A stretch of 64,000 nt of DNA, taken from contig NC_068995.1 of the NCBI RefSeq assembly GCF_001194135.2, positions 17,560,731-17,624,730 of the forward strand, given 5' to 3'. The translations under genes were made by a program, and so were the position numbers. Positions 53,249 to 64,000 of the stretch are shown here, one piece after another. This DNA is from Octopus bimaculoides. Lineage: Eukaryota. The notes under the pieces are model-generated. The model was not told the origin of the DNA, ran no database searches, and was given only the letters and a program-made list of their open reading frames with translations. The number at the start of each line of letters is the position of its first letter. Positions within the stretch are counted from its first letter, which is position 1.

Positions 53249-53332
53249 TTCCGACATATGTTTCGAAGAATTACAATTTATGCGACCCACAGGAATCGGC
53301 GATGTTAAAAATGTAAACTTCTCCTCAGGGAA
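53249..53332 (-). ncRNA. Type I hammerhead ribozyme, canonical core, palindromic stem III
   Basis: Minus strand: TTCC-CTGAGGA-GAAG(T TTACA..TGTAA TT)CTTC-GAAA-CATATG-TC-GGAA; stem III ACAUAUGU; GUC cleavage at 53253. Confidence 0.88.
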
Positions 53333-53459
53333 ATGTATGGGAACCAGCTTAAATGTAAGACATTATAACCGAGTATGAGAACTATAGTTGGATAAGGTTA
53401 TAACGTAATTCATTTGAATACATCCGTCGGGCATCCTCAATTTCCGTCTAACAAATTCA

Positions 53460-53544
53460 CTCACATGCCTTTAGTCCCGAAGCTATAGTAGAAGGCACCC
53501 AATGTGTTATGCACCAGGACGAAACTTCTCACCACACAGTTATG

Positions 53545-53545
<1 letters not shown>
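53460..53545 (-). mobile_element. SINE family A, 5' fragment
   Basis: CCCGAAGCTATAGTAGAAGGCAC..ACCACACAG. Confidence 0.7.
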
Positions 53546-53577
<32 letters not shown>

Positions 53578-55177
53578 CTTATTTCCAAATCGAGCATGTC
53601 TTTGTACCATGCACCATCTCATAGCCCCTTGATTCACCTGTGTAATTCTAAGGCGCTTATACCGACATGTATACTGTCGCCTTCGTAAGTGATTTGGCAT
53701 TGACTTTGTATTGTATGCATTGCTATGATTTGAATACAAAATGCAGAGAGCTGGAAAAGTCATATCACCGTATCCCTCCTGATGTTTTAATGATATGCTT
53801 AATCGATCACATTGACATACATTGTTACACAAGTAAAAACACAGATATTAAGAAGAACAATGCAAGAAAGAGAGAGGGGAAAGAAGGAAAGAAAGGCAGA
53901 GTGAATGGGGAAGAAGAAACAGATAGGCAAATATTTTCCAAAATGCACCATAATCCTTTTACAAATTTCTGTCTACAAGTGAGCCGATAATATTTGTATA
54001 AGCATATAAATGTTAATGTAAATGTATAAGCATATAAATGCGATATCGGAAGAAATGCGAAAGAAAATTCATGGATATTACATGCCCAAAAATAAGCCGG
54101 CGTTTCAATCCCTGTTCTTTTATCTCCAAGTGAGGAGATGATATATTTATAGATTTCGCCCGCTTTGTTCTAGTTATGATATTGTAATTTGGACTTAAAC
54201 CAAAAGAAAGGGAAAAATACGGATTATTTGTACTGTCACATAAAAATAGCTTCATCTAAATAAGCTTCCTGGAAAGCCCTTATCTTATTGACAAATAAAG
54301 ACAACAAATTTAATGTAGGGGCTATATATTTTACAAAATAAAGTATATTTAACCACACAGACTACGTGATTGAGCAAGTATATGCGAGAACTTCTTAGAT
54401 GTTTAGAGCTTAGTAAGAGCAGGGCATAATAGTGTGGTGGGTGAGTGAAGACTGTGTTTGAATATAAGCAGATGTCAGATATGAATATGTGACAGCTTTA
54501 ATTCAAAGAAAGCGTTTCGCTTATTTATACTAGCTTATTTCCCTTATTTATACCAGTAGAGTCAAACCGAAATCAAATTGATATTCACAATAAATAAATG
54601 AATAAGTAAAGAGAAAAATCACTGGGTGATAGGAATATCTGCTATAGTATAATAACACAATCACGAAGTGTAACTGATAATTGCCCGGGTTATGGAAGGG
54701 ACAGCAATGATTGTTCTTTACATGCTGCAGTGAACCATTAAAAAGTATTCGTAAAAGGGTTAGCCAACTTACCATTTTCTTTCTTCACATTTGATGCGGT
54801 AGGTGACACTTAATATTGCTCATTTCTATAAAACTCATCATTCACCGTAGCATTATAAAACTGTATTCAAATACATATTCATTCACGTATATGGGCATAT
54901 GCATATGCTGTGTTTAAATAAAATCAAAAATATTTTTCTCTCGTCACCTTTTCTTTTCTTTTGGTCTTATTCATTTATATAGACAACCATTCTTTGTATA
55001 TTTTCAACATACACCGGGTGAATCTTTTTAATTCGTTCTTTGAATATTACCTTCTTTTTCTCTTTGAATCTTGACTTTTCTACTTTAAATATATTCCATA
55101 TTTGCCTTAAACATTTTTTTATTATGATTATATTCATATTTTTAAAGATAAAATATTTTATTTTGAACAAAAACAAA

Positions 55178-55189
55178 ATAATAATAATG

Positions 55190-55287
<98 letters not shown>

Positions 55288-55342
55288 AAGAAGAAGAAGA
55301 AGAAGAAGAAGAAGAAGAAGAAGAAGAAGAAGAAGAAGAAGG
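55178..55342. repeat. Compound (AAT)n(AAG)n microsatellite
   Basis: Direct reading; gives the poly-Ile/poly-Arg ORFs. Confidence 0.98.
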
Positions 55343-56246
55343 AATAAAAGTACAGAAGAAGCATTAAAATATGCACTCCAAAAAAATGGAAATTTCAGCA
55401 AATTTATTTTTTAAAAAGGTGAAAATACATAGTGGAAATGTGTGCAATTCTATTTGTGTTCAATAATTCTAGAGTGAACATTAATCTTGTATATTAAGCT
55501 GACGGCATAAAGGTCGTAATAAGCTTATGTAATTCCTTTTATTTTCTTCTTTCATAATATATCGATATAAATATTTAATGCTTTAAAATAGTTACTGTTT
55601 ATTTTCAACTGACTGCGTGTTATTAAATTTGAATATATGCGAAAGTTATTGGATATTTTCAAAAAAACATACGCACATTTATCGCATTAATATGTATATG
55701 TGTGAGTGTGCGTACTTCTGCGTATGTTCTATAAGTATATATATACATACGCAAATACCTACACATAAACGCATACGCATGCATTCACACATATATTTAC
55801 ACACACACAAACACGCACATATATGTATATATACGTATATAATAGCATATGTGTGTATGTGTAAGCAATTCATTTATCACACTCAATTTTTCAATTCTAA
55901 ATCGCCAAATTTTTAATTTCTCAGAGGTATTTATAAAGGATTGTTATCGATACCTATACATACATACATACATACATACATACATACATTCATACATACA
56001 TACATTCATACATACATACATACATGCATACATACATACATACATACATTCATACAGATTCATACACACATATTAATACATATAGATACATCGATGAATA
56101 GATACAGATAGATAGCTACACACACATGCATATACATATATAAAGATACATATTTATACATATATACACACACATATATATATGTATACATTCATATACA
56201 GAGTATATATCTATAATGCATGATGTTATCGCGTATAGTAAATACA

Positions 56247-56302
<56 letters not shown>

Positions 56303-56317
56303 CAAACATATATACAT

Positions 56318-56349
<32 letters not shown>

Positions 56350-57258
56350 CTATGCGTGTACGCACACACATATACACACATGTATATGTAATTCATAAAT
56401 ACTTGTTGCAATAATGCTATGTTAATTATGAATTATATAGAAATAATTCTTTTCAAAGTAAACTTGAAAGCTTTATTAAATTGGAATATATACTCTCAGG
56501 TATTTTCAAATTGTTCACTTATATTCTAATATTTCATCAAAACCTTATAGTACCATGTGTGCATTTACGGTAATTGTTGACCTACTCAACTAACTGGGTT
56601 TCCTGTACGAATACATCCGTCTATTTTGTGATGTGCTTTACGTAAATACGTAAATAAACAAATTAAGTCTGGATCAGCTTATTATTATTCCTATTATTCT
56701 CATTTCTATAATAAAAGTAATAATAATAATAATAATAATAATACAGAAAATTGCACTCCTGGGTATTGCACACATTCTACGCAAAACACTTATAATAATA
56801 ATATTTTTTTTAGTATTATTATCATGATTTTTCCTTTTATTATTATTTTTGTATATAGAGCAATAGAAAGCTACGATTCTATACAAGCATATTTATGTAT
56901 GCATTTGTGTGTGTTTATATATGTATGTGTGTATGCATATTTACACGCTCACATAAACACATATCCGCACATATGTATGTATATATGTATGTAAGCATTT
57001 GTACGTTTTCTGTGTGCTGTTCGCATTATAGTGTAAGTTATATTTCAAACAGATTCCGTTGTGTATTCACTAGCAATATAAAGTACATACTAAACTCGCA
57101 GTAGCAATTTTTAAGAACTGTAGTACCGACATAGGGTACTTTCCACATATTTTACAGCGTAGAGGAAAACAGAAAAGCATAAAACACAGAGGAATGCATA
57201 TATTGTGTATATGTAAATTAAAATAATTCTGATGTAATATGGTAATGTGCTATATATG

Positions 57259-57302
<44 letters not shown>

Positions 57303-58299
57303 TATTTGTATGTATGTATGATATGCATGTACATACTCACACATAACACACACATCTGTGTGTGTGTCTTTATGTTCGTGTTTGACCCCACCACTATTTA
57401 CGTCCTCTTACATTAGCCGTTCGCCTAAAGTGAGCGATAGAACAAGTACATAACAAGTACATGACACTATGCCTTATTTGCGTCTGCTAAATTTTAAAGC
57501 ACTCATATCGTATCAAGAATTAAAACAATAGTCTTAATTTGGATAAGATTATTTTCTTCCTTGTCATTACTTTTCCTGCTTTATGCTTGAATTAACTTTA
57601 AATATTGATTCTGCTACATATTTTAAATAGAATCGTATAATTGCCTGTCTGGGAAACTATTCTTCTAGAGCTATACCTTTACTTCAGTTACGTGTGAGAA
57701 ATGAGGAAAATAGAAAATCGGGCGAACTATATATGGTAAAAGAAATTCGTGCAGCCCGACTTCCATTGCCGCTGTCTACAAGATACTATTATGTTCAAGC
57801 ACTTACATTCTAAACATCATAATTATAAGTATTTCATCCTTTATATCAAACATACAGCTGCGAGAAACCAGTTCATTTGATGAACTTTCGCTCGTGTGAA
57901 GTCGAAAGATGTCGGACAATTGAGGATTGCTACAATTTCTAGCAGGAGGCTTTGCCACTTAGAAGCGTCTCATTCTATTTATTGTTTAACAGAGACACAT
58001 GTTTAAACTCTTCGCATTGCAAATTTTCATAATTTTATTTCGATGCAAATACCCACGCATCATCGTAGCATTGTTTACCAAATAACTGACTTTCTAATAA
58101 ACATCTAGACAAAGGATTGAAGATAAAAGACTACGATTTAGATAACATATATAAGCAATAAGCAAACCACCTCGTTTTTTTCCCTTTTCTTACCACCACC
58201 ACCAAAACCCATTAATTGTTGGTACCTCTCCTTTTCTCACTTTTGTTGTGACACAATCACAGTTTTTATTGATTTCAAATATTGGCAAAAAACCGGCAA

Positions 58300-58440
58300 G
58301 TTCGGCGGATTTCATCGGCCCCAGTGCTCCATATGATAGTTATTTTATTGACCGTGAAAGGGTGAAAAGCAAAGTAAACATTGGCAGAATTTGAACTCTG
58401 GAGGTTAAGGCGTGACAACGATTCTGCCAGCTTGCTGCAT
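58300..58440 (-). mobile_element. SINE family B fragment
   Basis: GGCCCCAGTG..TTATTGACCGTGAAAGGGTGAAAAGCAAAGT..GGCAGAATTTGAACTC..ACGATTCTGCCAGCT. Confidence 0.75.
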
Positions 58441-58720
58441 TTGTGTCGAATCCTATATTATTTTACTAACGGAGCATAGCATTCGAACACGTTATATCCG
58501 AATAATATATAGATGATGCAATGAATTCATCAAAATAATGAAGCGCTAATATTCTAGCATACTAATGACTTCGAGTAAAAATACACGTGTTACAAGCTAA
58601 ATTTAACAATTCTAGGCATCCATTTGCATACATATGTACATAATTACATACATACATACATACATACTTACACTTACACACACACACGCACGCACGCACA
58701 CACACACACGCACACACACG

Positions 58721-58765
<45 letters not shown>

Positions 58766-60084
58766 TATACCGAGGAAGTGTGTGTGAGAGAGAGAGATTT
58801 CACTTCACCTGTCGTTAATTATATTTAAAATGAAGTATGTCAGAGCAGTGGGAATCAAGTTAGGCGCGTTTATATTTGTATTAAGTTACAAGTCTTTCCC
58901 TATTTAAGATGGTACTATGTAATTTGAGGGTGTTGTCGCTGATCTATCTAACAGAACTCGTGATTTCGTAGTGGTGGCATCATCGGTATTCCTCCTTATC
59001 TTTAAGCTGATAATAAAGTAGAATAACAGTTCAAGAAGCTGAGTTCGAGTTCAGGCCATTTAGTTCGCACTACAAATAAAGTCTGGAAAAGTTTGAGCAC
59101 TACATATTTCACACTCTCTGTCTTTGAAACGCACAGCTTACAACGTCAGATACAAAGCAAATTGATGAAAACTTCAGCTGAATAATATTTTAAAGTGGTT
59201 TTGTGAAAGCTGAAAGAGAGGGTGAGATAAAGACAAAATAGTACAAGTAAAGCAAAGTACGGAAAGAAAACACCGGGAATTAAAAAGAAAACAGTTTCGA
59301 TAATTTCCCTTCATTATATTTGATAATTAAGGAAGCTAAAATAAATTAGATCACCAGAGAAAATTTTATCTTCATTACAGTTTGTTTGTTCAGAATTCTC
59401 AGATGTATGCGCCAAATAGTGGCTTGTAGTGTTCACTTGAGATTAGAGACGATGAAAGCATATATCCTGTTAGAAATGAAAGAAGAAAAATGACTTGTTA
59501 ATCCTTTGCACGTAGTTAGGATTGATGTCGGCTTATTAAAGTTGATATAAGCTGTCATCAATTGCGAATGATTCCTGGATCAAAGGTTAATGTGAAAGAG
59601 AGCACGGTTCTAAAATTGATCTCAAGCCGACATTCTAAGATAATTGACTACTATCTCCACAGTAATTTTCTTTCTTCCTTTTTTTTTTCTTCTTTTTTTT
59701 AATAATTTATCCTGAAGAACTTCAACTCAAATAGCGTCTCTATTTCTCCTTGAAACCTTATTTTCTTTGTTTCATAAACAATTTGGAGTTGTTTAAGTGT
59801 CTTTAAGCGTCATTCTATCTCTCACAGATATCTACTCCTGGCCTTCTTTTATCTCTTGTAGTTGTGTAGCGATAATCGTAGAAATAGAGGTCAAAAGATG
59901 CAATGCTGTCTCTCTAGATTCTTCTATTCACAGTTGCAAATTTCATTGAAGGTATATATTATAACATTTATTCTCAGCACGCATTGAAAAAGTATCTCTG
60001 ATCACGCTGACTTATCATCTACTATGATCCACCTGAAAGTATACTGTCGTATTATCGTACATGTTCGTCTATATTATCCCACAT

Positions 60085-60146
<62 letters not shown>

Positions 60147-60781
60147 CAGAGACTTTCTGTTTCAATTTGAGGGAAGTTTGGGAGTAATATTTTTGCAGAT
60201 CAACTGACAATTGGATATATAAGATAACATTTTAAACATGCTAAAGCATTGAGTAACATAACGTTTTAGTTAAACTAAACTTAGTTTATGATGAATTATG
60301 GCTAAAACCGTTTGCAGTTATCACTGAACTACTAAGATATATACAAATGAATTTAATACCATTTAATTTCGTCGCAGGCTAGAACTACGGTTTACAAAAT
60401 TATAATCTTTATCATTAATGATGTAATATTAAAATTTCAGTTTACTCATTCGGTAAGCGAGGGTGAAGTTTTGTTTTAAGTGCCCATGCAATAGGCGCTC
60501 CTGGTAATTGTTTACGTTGTCATTCTTTCAATTTATTTGATTCGTCAATTTCCGCCTTCTCTTCTCCAGCGAACAGAAGTTTATAGTTACGATAAAGCAA
60601 TTCTTCACTGAAGATGTCTGATAAGACCGAAGTATGCCTGTAGCTGTCACTGTACTTCTTAACATCACACATTTCATACCGAATTAATTATATTTAAATT
60701 GAATAGGAGAGACGCCTCTCTATCTGTCTATCTGTCTAGCTGTTTCTCTCTGGCTCTGTCTCTGTCTCTGTCTGTCTGTCC

Positions 60782-60835
<54 letters not shown>

Positions 60836-61939
60836 TTTATTCTGTATTTTCCCCTCTCAAATCTGTCCAATCATATAATAGCAAAAGTAATTATTTAGTA
60901 AGTGATTTTTTCTCGGCATTTAAGACGTAAGTTTGAATAAATAAAATGTCTTTGCTTATTATATCAAATATTTTGGATACGTTTTTTATCAAATCATTGA
61001 TGTACTGCTACATTTACAATTATGTTATTTTTTATTTTATCTCTCACGAAATGTGTTCTTGTATTAGGAATCATGTAGTTTTAAAAAGTGTCACTGCGAA
61101 GGCTCTCAGAAAATAAATATTTTTCTTCGGGGAAAAAAAATGATGATATATTACTGAGCCAGAAGCAGAATTGGTGCAATGATTGAATACGAGTATATTT
61201 GTGTACGTTGTGTAACTACTTTACTTAATACAATTCATCGATAGAATATGTTTCATTACACCAGGTCGTTACATTACTCTATCTATCTGTCGCGCTGTTG
61301 CCCAGTGTATTCGTTTCAATCATTATTCAATACTTTCTTTCACCCCAATTTCATCCTTGATTTTTTAGGCTTCGAATCAGAAGAGCCGGTAGAGAGTATT
61401 GGATACAATATCTGTGGATATCTGTCACAAATCTGCGTTCTCTCTGTTCAAATTGTACCGGGGTCGACATTGGATTCATAGATTTGGAATTCATAAAAAA
61501 ATGTACCAATTCAGAGGGCTTCATTCACAAAATTACTAGTGTCAACAAAATATTTTTGCCGTAACATTTATTATACCTCAAGATCTGACAACACCACCTG
61601 CCAAAACATTGGTACCCAGTTATATCGGCCCAAGTCAAAGATATTTAATGATTCATCACTGGCGTGGTTACGGGTTTGGTTTGTTTATGGGCTTTTACTT
61701 CTTCAAAATATCTTGCCTACGACTACATTCAAACGTAGATGAATGGTCGATTGTCATGTAGGGATTCTGTATTTCATATAGTAGGAAGATACTTTCTATT
61801 TTTGTGAAGTAAAACATTTTAGCTTTCAATTTCGACAATTTGAAAGTCATATTACTTCCAATCAATGGTTTGATCATTGAATCATAATATAATGGCTTGA
61901 ACTTGCAGCCCAACGCCACAAATTTTTAATATAACGATT

Positions 61940-62045
61940 GAGTCGATTACATTTGGACCCATGTTTGATCATTACTACTCTATCTATCATTTCCAAAAGA
62001 ATGAAAACCAAAGTCAACCTCGGCGGAATTTGAGCTAAAAATGTA
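61940..62045 (-). mobile_element. SINE family B fragment
   Basis: GTCGATTACAT..GAATGAAAACCAAAGTCAACCTCGGCGGAATTTGAGCT. Confidence 0.75.
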
Positions 62046-62879
62046 AAAAAAAATTGTAATATTATTTGGATTGGACGCCTAGCAGAATTTGTTCGGGCCA
62101 TTTCGGTTCTTAGCTCATATCTACACGTGAACGACATAGGTGAGAGACTTCACAAGTTTCCCAATTAACTGACAACGTTAAGTACTTTTAATGGAATTCA
62201 ATTTGTTGCAAATATTTGGACTATGGTATCTGTTGAGAATTCCTTTCCCGTTCTTTCTGAACTACTTCGGAGTCCTAGTAATGGATGGCGAGTGCTGTTT
62301 CCCAAATCTATTATAAGATCGAAATGGATACGTTTATCTATGTAAAATAAAACATGTGTTTTATAGAATTTAGTTGAATAAATATAATGTAGATAGTCAT
62401 AATTGTTTAGATTTGCATGAACAGATATTAAGAAAAAGTCCGTGCTATGCGAATATAATCCGCTACGCCACTGTGTTATATTTTGAAAATAAAGGGATGC
62501 ATAATCCATGCTCGAAATATGATCTCATATTCATCCTACTATATTTCCCAATTATTAGGTACTATACTTTCCAAATGTAAGCTTCAAAGTTTTCATCAAA
62601 ATGCACCTTGCCGAAGATCGATGCTCTCGTGTTCGATATTATCTGATTATGGAAGTATTCTACTGTTATAGTCCTACGTATGTAGGCTGCTTCGGTGTTA
62701 TTTACAGACCTGGAATGAAATTTTAACAATAATTATCTGATGTATATGCCAAGCTTGAAGGATTCGTGTAGCAGTTTGTAAGCAACAAAATCCTTAACCT
62801 GGAAGTGTACAGTACAATGGGCTGATGTATCGCCTGACAGCTAGACAAAACCGATATATATTCTATAACAAATGATCTC

Positions 62880-62990
62880 TGAACATTCTTGGTTCAAATT
62901 CTGCTGAGGTCGATTTTGGCATTCATACTTTTGTAGACGATAAATGATTACTTGTAGATCACTGGGGTCGATGTAATCGCTTTAGCCCCT
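62880..62990 (+). mobile_element. SINE family B fragment
   Basis: GGTTCAAATTCTGCTGAGGTCGATTTTGGCATTCAT..CACTGGGGTCGATGTAATCG. Confidence 0.8.
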
Positions 62991-63959
62991 ATATTAAGAA
63001 ATACTGGATGTGTGGTAACATTTGAAGCTATTACCATACAAATAATTGAAAGATCAGCCTATGGATTGATTTATTTGGAAGCAGCACAGGAACATGTCGA
63101 TTTTTTTTTAAGAGAGGAAAAATGCTTTGAATGATTGAAGCTAAATTAGATCTGACAAACACTTAGAGGGATGAAGCAGTGACCGTGTCAAACTAGACTA
63201 AAGTATTGAGTTCTTCACCGAAATGAAACTAAATCTGTACATGTAATTTTTCTGAGAGTATCGGTTCAACTGGCGCCATGCTAAAGATGAATTGCATTGG
63301 TAGTACTCCCTCTGTACGGTCAAAAAAAGAAAGATACTAATTGCGAAGTTAACGGCTTAAAACACAATTATGAGTACGCCATATGCATTGAATACAGTGC
63401 TTCCGAACAAGCATTTAAAGGGAGCGAATTTCATATGCGCAATGTTTAAGTTAAACTGGGAATTCAGTACGTTGGAATCTTAACTCCTTTTGAGCAGCTA
63501 CGCATATCGAAATACCGAAATATTAAAACAAATATAATACAAATAGAAACTGCAGGAAATGATACTTATACGTTAATGTGGAAATTACTGAAAGGTATTT
63601 CTGATCATCGAGTACACATTATCATACACTTAGTCATAATGATCTTTTTACAAAATCTATCACCTTACCAATCTCTGGAATATTTATTTTTCCGTCAAAA
63701 ATCCTTTGTCTTAGATAACATATATTTAGCAACGATTATTTTCTTATCAATATCAGTAATAGGCTATTAGCAATCTCATTCTGATTTTAATTTTCCCACT
63801 GTTTTCTTATTTTTTCCCTTTTATTTCTTCATTATTTACATAAAAGAGTTATTCCTTTGTCTCGTATCGGGTTGAAACTAAATATAGCACGATTCCTTCA
63901 CGTGTGCAACAATAATTTCAATATACGTTTTATCAATACTTCACACATAAACAAGAACA

Positions 63960-64000
<41 letters not shown>

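Noticed and set aside
54967-55414. Poly-Ile/poly-Arg and poly-Leu ORFs (similarly 31548-31967 and 43903-44309)
   Set aside because: Translations of trinucleotide microsatellites.
63304-63315. TACTCCCTCTGT resembling a plant Stowaway TIR
   Set aside because: No matching inverted copy in the window.
1-64000. CRISPR arrays, rRNA genes, prokaryotic operons
   Set aside because: None seen; the sequence is eukaryotic repeat-rich DNA.

Overview
Very AT-rich, microsatellite-dense eukaryotic (animal) DNA from a gapped scaffold with 10 N-runs, almost all flanked by simple repeats. The SINE and LINE families look like those I associate with Octopus (inference, not a database result). I found no intact protein-coding gene; most ORFs in the track are artefacts of microsatellites or N-gaps. 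Recognisable content is transposon debris: CR1-type LINE (two copies), R4/Dong-like and HERO-like RLE LINEs, Penelope-like element (PLE) GIY-YIG fragments, two Tc1/mariner transposase relics and about 14 tRNA-SINE pieces. The main discovery is a set of type I hammerhead ribozyme (HHR) motifs in PLE-type termini. These include a convergent pair with perfect catalytic cores (52.86 kb + and 53.25 kb -), an HHR in a PLE whose terminal repeat also carries a tRNA-like Pol III head (19.0-19.8 kb), and a CCGAUGA core-variant family (9.9 and 24.9 kb). Secondary leads: a SINE/LINE shared 3' tail, a possible decayed signal-peptide receptor gene (iGluR/IR-like) split by TEs (17.9-22.5 kb), a duplicated promoter plus first-exon-like block, and a ~130-nt hairpin.
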